From Candidatus Hydrogenedentota bacterium (lineage in GTDB: Bacteria; Hydrogenedentota; Hydrogenedentia; Hydrogenedentales; JAEUWI01): a DNA stretch of 64,000 nt. Where the stretch lies: contig JAXMOL010000002.1 in the NCBI GenBank assembly GCA_034669905.1, positions 96,001 through 160,000 of the forward strand. Direction: 5' to 3'. The notes beneath the pieces are model-generated. The model saw only the letters and a program-made list of their open reading frames with translations, made no database searches and was not told the origin of the DNA. A program made the translations under genes and the position numbers. This document shows, one piece after another, positions 17,772 through 30,712 of this stretch (position 1 is the first letter of the stretch; the number at the start of each line of letters is the position of its first letter).

Positions 17772-20018
17772 TTAGAAGTGGTACCACTTGCGGCGGCCCG
17801 ACGACCCATCGTCATAGTAGTAGTAATAGTAGTAGTAGTGGCGGCGGGTCGTTTCCAGCCCGTTCACCACGACGCCGGCCACGGCCACCTTGGCCGTCGA
17901 CAGCAGCTTCTTCGCACGAATAACCGTTTCCCGGCGCGCATTGTTCGTCGACACGACCATCATGCAGGTGTCCACGTGGGTGGCCAGCAAGACCGGGTCC
18001 GTCACGACCAGCACCGAGGGCGCATCACAAATTACCAGGTCGAATGCCGCACCCAGCTGGTCCATCAACTCCGCCATGTGGTCCGAACCGATCAACTCGG
18101 ACGGGTTGGGGGGCACACGGCCGCTCGAAATAATCCAGAGATTGTCGATACGTGTAGGCCGGATTACGCTCTTGGAATCCACGCCCTCGCGCAACACATC
18201 AGCAAGCCCCGGGCCCCGTTCCATGCGCAACACGCGGTGCACATTGGGACGGCGCAAATCGGTGTCAACAATGAGGACCCGCATGCCCCGGTCGGCCATG
18301 GTTACCGCAAGGTTTACCGCCGTCGTCGTCTTCCCTTCACCCGGCACTGCGCTCGTCACCATTACCGTCTGGGGCTTGTCCTTAATGGTGGCAAACTGAA
18401 AATTGGTCCGCAGGGTTCGGTAGGCTTCCGAAATCGGCGACTTCGGGTCATGCTGCGTAACGATGCAGGAGTCGATTTGCTCCTCATCGACGGTACTGAC
18501 ATAGGTGGCCCGTCGTCTTCGCCCACCTCGGGGACGGCCAAAGCGCATCCGTGGAATCGTGCCGATCACCTCGAGGCCAATATACTCGTTAACATCCTCG
18601 ATACTTCGAATAGACGTATCGTTGTACTCCGTGACCATCGCAAAAACGAACATCACGATGAATCCAATAAGCCCGCCAATGGCAAAGTTGACCCACTGCT
18701 GACGGCTACCCGGCACGCCCATGGGCACCGCGGCCGCAATCGCATCTTTCCGCTCGACTGAGCCTAAGCCCCGCTCGATGTCCCGGCGAATTTCCATCTC
18801 CCGGTCGGAATACTGATTGAGGCGCTCTTCAATGTTTTCCACTTCGCGCTTCAGGCGATCCGAATCCACCTTGAGATTGGCCAACTCAGGCACGCGGGGA
18901 ATTAACTCTTCCCGCTCCTTCTTGATCGCCTGTTCCCGCAATTCCAGCCCCGTCATCTGAAGGCGGATTTCGATTTGCTGGCGGTAGATTTCGTTGCGCT
19001 TCACCCAGATATCGCTACCCCCTGGAACGCCCGAAGACTTCTGCTTCTCCGCTTCCAGGATGAGGGCCTGGGTCTCGGAAATAAGCTCTTCCAATTCAAT
19101 CAGGCGGGGCCAGCTGGGCTGATAAATGGCACTAAGGGTGAGCTTTTCTTCCAGCAGTTTATCGAGGTCCGCAAAGAGGCCGGTCACCAGGTTATCACTG
19201 GGCTGATTCAACGATTCCGAAAACTGTTCTGAAGCCAGCGCCAACTCCGCGTCCAGCTTGTTCAGCTTTTGCGTCGCCGCCACCTTGCTGACTTGAATCT
19301 CACGCAGCTCCCGCTCTTTCTCAGCCAGGCGCTGATCAATGTCTTCGTAGTCCTGGAAGCCGTGGGCCTGCATGAATTCCAGGCGCGCCTGCTCCGCTTC
19401 CGCCAGCTCATCCCGGAGAGACTGGATGATGCCTACCGCATCCTCGTGGCTATGCTGGGCCAATTCCAGATGACGGTGCCGATTCACTTCCAGAAAGGCG
19501 CGGGTCGCAATTTCGGCGATGGCGTTCGCCTCTTCGGCGGTCTCGCAGCGCTCCACCAGAATCTCAATATGCTGATCGCCCTGGGTCGCGATCCGTATTT
19601 TGCCTTGAATCGAGGCGACCAGGGCACGAAATTCGGCGGGGGAAACCACGTTGCTGGTGCGCCCTCCTGTCGCCACATCGGTCTGAATCAGGGCGCGGGC
19701 CACCTCTTCCGACAGGGCGTTCAGGCTCGTGCGCTCCACCAGACTCTCCGCCGTCATCACATATTGGGAAGGAGGCGACTTCGACATAATCCGGCTGGAG
19801 CGACCATCGGCAATCACGAGCTTGCCCGAGGTGCTGTATAAGGTTTCCGAGGTCTCCTGGGTAAACCAGGCAACGCCACCAAACGCCAACGCACCAAAGA
19901 GGGCGCCCAACAATAGGAGGAGCCAACGTTCGGAAATGACATTCCACAGAAATCGGAACTGATTGTCCTGGTTTTCCCGCGTCGTGTCTTCCAATACGGG
20001 TGCGTCTATACTCGACAT
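17772..20018 (-). CDS. wzc: Polysaccharide co-polymerase / tyrosine autokinase (Wzc-like)
   Basis: Two TM segments around a long coiled coil; SEAYRTLRTN, PGEGKTT, DTDLRRP, DAP motifs; C-terminal run of 8 Tyr. Confidence 0.92.
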   Translation of the reverse strand: MSSIDAPVLEDTTRENQDNQFRFLWNVISERWLLLLLGALFGALAFGGVAWFTQETSETLYSTSGKLVIADGRSSRIMSKSPPSQYVMTAESLVERTSLNALSEEVARALIQTDVATGGRTSNVVSPAEFRALVASIQGKIRIATQGDQHIEILVERCETAEEANAIAEIATRAFLEVNRHRHLELAQHSHEDAVGIIQSLRDELAEAEQARLEFMQAHGFQDYEDIDQRLAEKERELREIQVSKVAATQKLNKLDAELALASEQFSESLNQPSDNLVTGLFADLDKLLEEKLTLSAIYQPSWPRLIELEELISETQALILEAEKQKSSGVPGGSDIWVKRNEIYRQQIEIRLQMTGLELREQAIKKEREELIPRVPELANLKVDSDRLKREVENIEERLNQYSDREMEIRRDIERGLGSVERKDAIAAAVPMGVPGSRQQWVNFAIGGLIGFIVMFVFAMVTEYNDTSIRSIEDVNEYIGLEVIGTIPRMRFGRPRGGRRRRATYVSTVDEEQIDSCIVTQHDPKSPISEAYRTLRTNFQFATIKDKPQTVMVTSAVPGEGKTTTAVNLAVTMADRGMRVLIVDTDLRRPNVHRVLRMERGPGLADVLREGVDSKSVIRPTRIDNLWIISSGRVPPNPSELIGSDHMAELMDQLGAAFDLVICDAPSVLVVTDPVLLATHVDTCMMVVSTNNARRETVIRAKKLLSTAKVAVAGVVVNGLETTRRHYYYYYYYYDDGSSGRRKWYHF

Positions 20019-20021
20019 CGC

Positions 20022-21500
20022 CTAGTCCTTTCGCACTTCCGCACGGGCTTCAAGCGCGGCCAGAAACGGATCGGTATGGCCAAAGCCATCCATATCCAGA
20101 CTGCGCTCCCACCGAATATCTTCCGGCCGATCATGAATCGTCGGCGTAACAAAAATCATCAATTCGCGGCTGGTGCGCGTACGCTCTTTGTGCTTGAACA
20201 GGTTTCCGAAGATGGGAAGATTGCCCAGGCCCGGGAGCTTTTGAATCACCGTGTGGTTGTCGGCCATCACGATACCGCCGATCACCAGGGACTGACCATC
20301 CCGCACGATGCGCTGGCTGTTGCTGCTGCGCAGGGCGCGCACGGGCACCCCATTGGAAACGCCAACCGCGGTGGACACTTCGGGGGCCAACTCCACCAGG
20401 ACGTAACGTCCCCCATCTGGATCGCGGCGCACGTGGGGCACCACTTCCAACACAATACCAATCTCCAGGAACTGCACATTTTCGACGGAAGAAAAGCCGG
20501 CCGTCCCGACTTCGGAATAGGGAAACTCTTCCGTCATCCGAATCGTTGCCGGTTTGTGGTTGACCGTACCCACATAAGGGGACGCCAACAACTCGGCTTT
20601 GTCGTCGGCCACGAGGGCATCCAGCATGACCCCCAAATCGATCCCGCTGTTCATGTACCCGAGAAACATCTGGCCCGGGGCAGCGACCTGAACCGGTACC
20701 TGAAGGCGCCGATCAAAGTTTGCTTCATCCAGGAAACGACGGCTGGGCCCCCCGCCCCGATTACCGGTATCGAGTGACTCATTGAATTCAGGACCCACGG
20801 ACTGACGAATGGAGGTCAGCAGGGCATCCTGCCGCGGTGGTGGCGTGTATCCACCGCCCGCATGGTCTCCCTGGACGAACCAACGGATACCCAACTCTTT
20901 GGCGGCCGCCGTTTCCACTTCCACGATCTTGGACTCAATCAGCACCTGGGTAATCTGAGATTCCATCTGGTCCAACTCGTGGATGACGGAAATCATGTTT
21001 TGAAGAATCCCCGATTCGTCGGTCAGAATCAGGCTGTTGGTGTTGGGGTCGAAGCTGACGCTGCCACCAGCCGATGACATGCCATTCAGCGCTTTTTCCA
21101 GGCCGCCGGCGTCGGCATTATTCAAGGGGATAACCTTGGTCTGCATCGACTGGGTCCGCATGACGCCACCGGGAAGGGCCATAGCGCCCTCGATGCTTCG
21201 GGAAACGGTGACCCGCGGATTTTTCAGGATACTCTTGAATCCCATGGAGACCCGTGCTCCGGCATCATTCAGACTCAGCCCCTTCAAGGTGACGTTGCCA
21301 ATATACGGCAATTCCACGTTGCCCTGGCTGTCTATCTGGGTGGTCGTCGAAAGTTCCGGCTGACGATGCACGTTGATATACACCAGATCCCCGGGTTTCA
21401 AAAAATCCTCTTTCATCGGCTCGGCCGCAAAAGACGGCCCGCCGAGACAAAGGCAGACGAAAAGGGGAATCAGGGTGAACCGCGTTGGCAGGCTTAACAT
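20022..21500 (-). CDS. Fusion of a Wza-like polysaccharide-export domain with a secretin (N3 + C domains)
   Basis: LKPGD.V.I.V..QPELS..IDSQGNVELPYIG.V..GLS..KNPRVTV, then VIPLNNADA..DPNTNSLIL..QVLIESKIVEV and VRDGQSLVIGG..KLPGLGNLPIFGNLFK..ELMIFVTPTI. Confidence 0.85.
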   Translation of the reverse strand: MLSLPTRFTLIPLFVCLCLGGPSFAAEPMKEDFLKPGDLVYINVHRQPELSTTTQIDSQGNVELPYIGNVTLKGLSLNDAGARVSMGFKSILKNPRVTVSRSIEGAMALPGGVMRTQSMQTKVIPLNNADAGGLEKALNGMSSAGGSVSFDPNTNSLILTDESGILQNMISVIHELDQMESQITQVLIESKIVEVETAAAKELGIRWFVQGDHAGGGYTPPPRQDALLTSIRQSVGPEFNESLDTGNRGGGPSRRFLDEANFDRRLQVPVQVAAPGQMFLGYMNSGIDLGVMLDALVADDKAELLASPYVGTVNHKPATIRMTEEFPYSEVGTAGFSSVENVQFLEIGIVLEVVPHVRRDPDGGRYVLVELAPEVSTAVGVSNGVPVRALRSSNSQRIVRDGQSLVIGGIVMADNHTVIQKLPGLGNLPIFGNLFKHKERTRTSRELMIFVTPTIHDRPEDIRWERSLDMDGFGHTDPFLAALEARAEVRKD

Positions 21501-21564
21501 GAGTTTTCACTCCACAGGGTTATCTGTTACCGGGCCTCCCTGAGGGACGGACTCCGGTTTTTGA

Positions 21565-23622
21565 CTATTGGGTTGGACCCGGCGCTACCGGGGCAGCATC
21601 TACGGCATCTACGGCCTCCACGGCCCCGTCGGTGCCCTCAGCACCTTCCGGCACGGTAACTACTGCCGGAAACTCCGCCATAGGATTCTCTTCACGACTT
21701 TCGGCACCGGCTTCTGGCATTTCTTCCGGCATGACCTCCGGTGCTGCCTCCGGTGCGGTCTCGGCCGCCGGGCTACTATTCTGCCCCGCCGCTTCCGCCT
21801 CCGGCACCTGACCTTCCTCCACCGCCCCGGTTTCTTCGTAGCTCAGCCATTCCAGGTTCTTCTGCAACTCCGCCTTCATACTCGGCTCGATACCTGGGAC
21901 CTGGATAGCCCGTTGCCAATAGGACGCCGCGGTCTCCATAAAGGCTTCCCGGTCAGCGTCCGATGTCGCCAGATCGGCACGGACCTTAAACATCTCCCCG
22001 AGGCTGCGAAAATCCTGATCCACCGAATAGTTCCCCGGCAGGTAGGCGGCCTGAAGATAGGCGCTCTCTGCCGCGTCATACTCCGACTTCTGGCTATAGG
22101 CCCGGGCGAGATAGCGCAACATGGTCAGCGCTCCCTGGGGGTCGTTGGCGGGATCAGCCTGATCACGCAACAGGGCAATCGCCTTGTCGTAGTCGCCCAA
22201 TTCATAGTAGAGCCGACCCATAATCGTTTCCGCACGGGTCCGTTTGCGGTGCAATGGATTCTCTTCGATAAAGGTGCTGAACCGTTCGACGGCCGCTGTA
22301 TAACGGCGGCGCATTTCATCCCGTGAGCGGATGTCGCCCAGGGTCAAGGCATAGGCCGCACGGAACTGGGCGTCCGCCAGGGCCACCGGGTCTGCCCCCA
22401 CTTTGTGGGCCAGATTGTCGTAGGCCCGCGAGGCTTCCGGATATTTCCCTTCCTTCATCAAGCGGCTGGCCTTTACTTCCAGGTCTTCAGCCCGCTGCAA
22501 TACGGGAGCGACCACATAGATGTAGCCCGCGACCACCCCACCCACAACCACGAACAGCAAGGTGATCACGCGGATTACCTTGCCGGCCCGCCGTCCACCC
22601 CGCGTATGGCGCTTGGAACGGCGTCGGGCAGGGGCGGCACTGTAATCGTAGGATAAATCGGCATCCAGCTCGGCAGATGCCGGACTGGTAGCACTGTAGG
22701 TGGGCAACAAACTCGGCGCAGGCACGGGCGGTGCCGCTTCTTCCGGGGGACGTTTCCCCAGGGCCTGCATCAATTGCTCGGCTTCGGCGAGTGCATCCCG
22801 GGAAGGCGCTTTTTGTGCGGGTTCCGGTGGCGCCGTCGCAGGAGCGGGCTCCGCTTCCGGGCCTTCCTCGATGGCGTTAACCCCTTCCGCCACGGAATCC
22901 AACAGGGAATCCCAGTCATCGGTCAGGGCCTGGTCCGCAACGGGCACTTCGGGTGTCGGCGCTGCTGGCACGTCGGGGCTATGGGGAACTTCTTCGGCGA
23001 CGGGAGGCGTGTCCGGTTGGGCATTAACCTCCTCGATCTGTTCCAACAGCGCCAACAAATCCGCTGACGGTGAGGAGGTTTCTTCCGGCTCAGGAGGGGC
23101 TTCCAGGGCAGGACGATAGGGTGCCGTGACACGCGTATCGTCCGGCACCTCTGCGAACCCCGACTCGAGGCCCGCTACAATATCCTTAAAGGCGTCTACC
23201 GACGAGCCCGTGACCGGAGCATCGCTGCGGAGGGTATCTCCCCCCCGATCCGGCACCAGATTGGCATCCAGGGTAACATCCGACAAGCCGCCCACAGCCC
23301 CATCACCCCCATCATCTACGTCGGCCACACCCTTCTCATAGAAACTCAGGGGAGCCGAGGGATTCAGGTCGTCATCGCTTGCCGTGTCTTCGGCAGGTGG
23401 GGCGGCCGGGGCGCTCTCGCGAACGGGCGCCCGAGTAAGCCCGGACATCTGAATAAAGTCGAGGGGATTGGCACGCTGCCCATCGGGCACGCCGCTGCCA
23501 AAGCGATCGTCGTCGGGCATCCCGGCAAGCAGATCACCATCGATCGCCTCCACGGCATCCGGTGCAAAGGGATCGTTCCCCTCACCCGAAAAACCATGCT
23601 CCTGTTCGGCACCTGGCGCCAT
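21565..23622 (-). CDS. Bitopic membrane protein with an acidic Pro/Ala-rich N-terminus and periplasmic TPRs
   Basis: Basic patch followed by a TM segment (VITLLFVVVGGVVAGYIYVV); TPR-like MGRLYYELGDYDKAIALL. ATG 23622 lies just after the upstream stop. Confidence 0.75.
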   Translation of the reverse strand: MAPGAEQEHGFSGEGNDPFAPDAVEAIDGDLLAGMPDDDRFGSGVPDGQRANPLDFIQMSGLTRAPVRESAPAAPPAEDTASDDDLNPSAPLSFYEKGVADVDDGGDGAVGGLSDVTLDANLVPDRGGDTLRSDAPVTGSSVDAFKDIVAGLESGFAEVPDDTRVTAPYRPALEAPPEPEETSSPSADLLALLEQIEEVNAQPDTPPVAEEVPHSPDVPAAPTPEVPVADQALTDDWDSLLDSVAEGVNAIEEGPEAEPAPATAPPEPAQKAPSRDALAEAEQLMQALGKRPPEEAAPPVPAPSLLPTYSATSPASAELDADLSYDYSAAPARRRSKRHTRGGRRAGKVIRVITLLFVVVGGVVAGYIYVVAPVLQRAEDLEVKASRLMKEGKYPEASRAYDNLAHKVGADPVALADAQFRAAYALTLGDIRSRDEMRRRYTAAVERFSTFIEENPLHRKRTRAETIMGRLYYELGDYDKAIALLRDQADPANDPQGALTMLRYLARAYSQKSEYDAAESAYLQAAYLPGNYSVDQDFRSLGEMFKVRADLATSDADREAFMETAASYWQRAIQVPGIEPSMKAELQKNLEWLSYEETGAVEEGQVPEAEAAGQNSSPAAETAPEAAPEVMPEEMPEAGAESREENPMAEFPAVVTVPEGAEGTDGAVEAVDAVDAAPVAPGPTQ

Positions 23623-23623
23623 A

Positions 23624-24643
23624 TCAGCCCAATCCCTGATCGTGTCTGGCCCGCGCGGATCGCAACAGCAAATCGGCCGCGCGCTGGTCACGCGACTGCT
23701 GGTCTCGCACATTACGTTCCCGCATTCCGCCGGGTGCCACCGGTGCTACCGGGGCCGGTGGTCGAACGGATGCCCCGACAGCAGCGGCCACACGGGCACG
23801 CTTCTCGGGATCGGGCAACGTTGTCTTTTCAATCGTATGTAACACTATATCGTGCGTTATACGCTTGGTCTTTAGCTGGGCCGCCAACAGGAGGGAATTG
23901 CGGCACAGGGTCACCATGACCCGGGGGCTGCCCTCGGCATAAGCGTGAATCGCACGCAGGGCGCCCTCTTCAAACTCCGGTCCGATGCCTTCCTGGCTGC
24001 CTGCCTGACGCAATCGAAACGCAATAAACTGCTTGGCTTCGTCAAAATCGATGGGTTCCAGCGTATAGGTCAGGTTAATACGCTGCTCAAAATTCGGAGC
24101 CGCCTGGAGCACCTGCATCCACTCTAGCTGCGCGAAGAAGACCAGATTCAACAGCTTCTGCTGCTGGGTTTCCAGGTTCTGCACCAGCCGCAATAACTCC
24201 AGCTGGCCCCGCTTGTTCAGATTCTGCGCATCGTCGATGATAAGCGTACAAATCCGATTCCGGTTCTCCAGAAGGTGCTGGTTCAACGCTTCCATGTAGG
24301 CCACAAAGGATTGTTCCGCCGGACGCAATCCAAATTGCGCTACGATACTCTCCAGCAGGGCAAAGCTGGTCCAGGAAGGTATGGGCGACCCAATCACGGC
24401 CGTGAGATAGCGCTCGGGATCAGCGGCCATGCCGGTCATCAGCTTCCGCAACAAGGTCGTCTTGCCCGTACCATAATTTCCGAGCACCACCGCGATGCCA
24501 TGGGAGGCATCAATCCCATTCCAAAGGCGGTAAAGGCACTCTTTATGGCCCCGGGTGGCGTAGAAATACACCGGGTCCGCCGTGGGAGCAAAAGGTTGCT
24601 CCGCGAGACCCAGCTGCCTTAAATAGGTTTGCGTTCCATCCAT
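23624..24643 (-). CDS. ExeA/GspA-family AAA ATPase
   Basis: LGLAEQPF..TADP.YFY, GNYGTGKTTL, LIIDDAQNL, LELLRLVQNLE, GSPRVMVTLC. Confidence 0.88.
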   Translation of the reverse strand: MDGTQTYLRQLGLAEQPFAPTADPVYFYATRGHKECLYRLWNGIDASHGIAVVLGNYGTGKTTLLRKLMTGMAADPERYLTAVIGSPIPSWTSFALLESIVAQFGLRPAEQSFVAYMEALNQHLLENRNRICTLIIDDAQNLNKRGQLELLRLVQNLETQQQKLLNLVFFAQLEWMQVLQAAPNFEQRINLTYTLEPIDFDEAKQFIAFRLRQAGSQEGIGPEFEEGALRAIHAYAEGSPRVMVTLCRNSLLLAAQLKTKRITHDIVLHTIEKTTLPDPEKRARVAAAVGASVRPPAPVAPVAPGGMRERNVRDQQSRDQRAADLLLRSARARHDQGLG

Positions 24644-25118
24644 GCGCGTATGCCTGTTCCAATCGGTGTAGATTCACCAAGCCCTCTGCTCGGCGGACAA
24701 TACGGACCCACGTTCAGAGCGCCCCCAAATTCAGAGGGGACCACAGCGAAGGGGGCATCCCTGCACCCTGCGACGTAATCTTGGCCATTGCGGGCAGACC
24801 TGCTGCCACTGCGCACCACGACGAAAGCGATTCGCCGCAAAATTCGGGTCCATGACGGGCCCGCAAATCACACCCACGCAGCAGCTAAGCGATTGATTTC
24901 AATCGATCTAGCCACTCCTAATAATACTCCTGCAAAACAGGACTGTCAACCGATTACCGGGACCTGTCCGATTTTGAGCCAGAGATCCGAAACCCCGCAA
25001 GCTGCGGAAAGGACGAATTTCAGCGTTCCATCGCTGAGACGACGCAGATCACAGGCCCGGTCCCTTGCTATACTGCGGCCCGGAAACGCCCCAAACCACC
25101 CCCCAACAGGAGTTTTTT

Positions 25119-28787
<3,669 letters not shown>

Positions 28788-29018
28788 AATCTCTCACCAT
28801 AGACGGGGGCTGTATGGAGTGCGGGTTTTCGTACCCACAACACGGCCCAGGAGGGACGTGGTGGGCATGTTTTGCGGGGGATAGCCGTTGCTGCCCACCG
28901 GTCTCTAATTCGAAATAACCCATAATCCAACTTGCCCAAGCCCACGGAGTTGGGAACGAACGCCCAATCAGGCTAGAATGAGGGTGGCAATCACCGCAGG
29001 GGAAATACGGACGGCCCA

Positions 29019-29897
29019 TTGGACAAATCAGAAGCAAAGAAGGTCTTTCAAGAGGCGGATACCCTCTATCAACAAGGCCAATACGATGCCGCACTACACC
29101 TGCTGCAACGGTTGAACCGTGAATTCCCCCGCCAGAAGCACATCATGTATTCCGCCGCACTCTGCCTGGAGCAACTGGGCCGTGCCCAGGAATCCATCGC
29201 CCTGTGTGAACAACTCATTGAGCGCTTTCAGGATGACCGCGCCGAAGTGATTCTCAGCCGCTTCGCCGGAGAAGAGGCCCCTGAGCCGCCGGTCATCACC
29301 CCGAGCGGCTCCCGACGCCTCACGACCGATGACCACCGACTCATCGCCATGCTCATGCAAGACCCGGAAAACATGACGCCCCTGCCTGCGCAACGGGGCT
29401 CCGACCGCATCCTGCTCTATAGCATCGGCGTCATCGCGCTGGTAGTCACTTTTCTTTTCGCCGCCAGTGCCTTTGTGTTCTATGCCCCCGGCGCGGGCCC
29501 CTCCACCGGTATCTCGCTCAGCACCAACGGCGACACCCTCACTCTCGGGCAGGTCTTCGTCATTTTCCTGGCCACCAGCTTCGCCGCCAACACGGTGGCC
29601 ATGTTTGTCCTCCTGGCCCTCATGGGGCACCAGCGTTACGAATCCCCGGTCGACAATGTTTTCGATGTCATGCAGTACGCCTTCTACGTCAGCATTCTCC
29701 TCTGCGTCCCCGTAGTCGGCTGGATTGTCATTCCCCTGATGCTTCGGCGACATTATTTTTTCCCCATGGGCGAACTCTTCCTCTTTCTGCTCTTACAGAG
29801 TGTCATGGCCACGGGATTCGCAATTATCTTCGGCGCCATCATGCTCCTCCTCGGCTATGGCTGGGTATTCTCCCACCTCGCCGACGCGACCGCCTGA
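29019..29897 (+). CDS. TPR-containing membrane protein
   Basis: N-terminal TPR-like pair followed by several hydrophobic segments. Confidence 0.7.
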   Translation: MDKSEAKKVFQEADTLYQQGQYDAALHLLQRLNREFPRQKHIMYSAALCLEQLGRAQESIALCEQLIERFQDDRAEVILSRFAGEEAPEPPVITPSGSRRLTTDDHRLIAMLMQDPENMTPLPAQRGSDRILLYSIGVIALVVTFLFAASAFVFYAPGAGPSTGISLSTNGDTLTLGQVFVIFLATSFAANTVAMFVLLALMGHQRYESPVDNVFDVMQYAFYVSILLCVPVVGWIVIPLMLRRHYFFPMGELFLFLLLQSVMATGFAIIFGAIMLLLGYGWVFSHLADATA

Positions 29898-30250
29898 CAA
29901 GGCCAGCTTATAGCACTACAAGGGTGCCACCCTTACGGACGTGAGGTACGGGGACTGCCTCGACGTCGTCCACCCTGCCCCACGCATACCAACCCCGGGG
30001 CCAACCGGTCCCCCTACCCCCGTAACACGACCGCAACCGTCGGGGCCGTCCCCCTCCCCATGACGCTCGGGTTCCTTTCAGAGGGGGACAGCCTCGCCTT
30101 CCGAGATACCGCCTCCTGAAAATGACAATGGTTGAACACGACAGTTTTTACCTTACTGCGTCGCGATTGAAGTCGAGGCAGTCCCCGGAAGTTGCGCCTT
30201 GGCTCGGCCTGTCGTATTATTTGGGGTGCGCACGTCGCACGAGGATGCTT

Positions 30251-30706
30251 ATGGAACGACACATCGCTCAAAACAAGTTCGGGCAGGCGGATCTTCTTTT
30301 TCAGCAAGGACGCTTCGATGAATCGCTGTCGCTCTTAGATGAATTGGACCAGGCCTTCCCCAATTCGCCCAACGTCATGTTTCCCCGGGCACGGTGCCTG
30401 TTGGAGATCGGGGAGACCAACGAAGCTCTCGACATCCTTGATGAGCTGGCACTCCAGCACCAGCATCAGGGAGCCATCGAATTGAAAAGCGAAGTCGCCG
30501 ACGCCCTGATCACCTTGACCCAGCCGGCTCAGTCCGAGGCCCGCCACCGCGACGGCCCCACCCCCGATCAGGTAAGAGCCATGCGCTCATCGAGTCACGC
30601 CGGCAGTGTGCCGGAAATCACCGGCAACAAGATTGTCTTTGTCATCGTCGGCCTGATCCTGTTGGTGGTACTGCTCGGCATCGTGCTCCTGATCGTTGCC
30701 CAATAG
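30251..30706 (+). CDS. TPR protein with a C-terminal membrane anchor
   Basis: F.QAD.LFQQGRFDESL.LL..L..FP..PNVMF..A.CL..IG resembles the previous gene's N-terminus; GAGG RBS. Confidence 0.65.
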   Translation: MERHIAQNKFGQADLLFQQGRFDESLSLLDELDQAFPNSPNVMFPRARCLLEIGETNEALDILDELALQHQHQGAIELKSEVADALITLTQPAQSEARHRDGPTPDQVRAMRSSSHAGSVPEITGNKIVFVIVGLILLVVLLGIVLLIVAQ

Positions 30707-30712
30707 CCCCCG

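Noticed and set aside
16183..24643. Complete type II secretion or type IV pilus system
   Set aside because: No assembly ATPase, platform protein, pilins or prepilin peptidase in the window.
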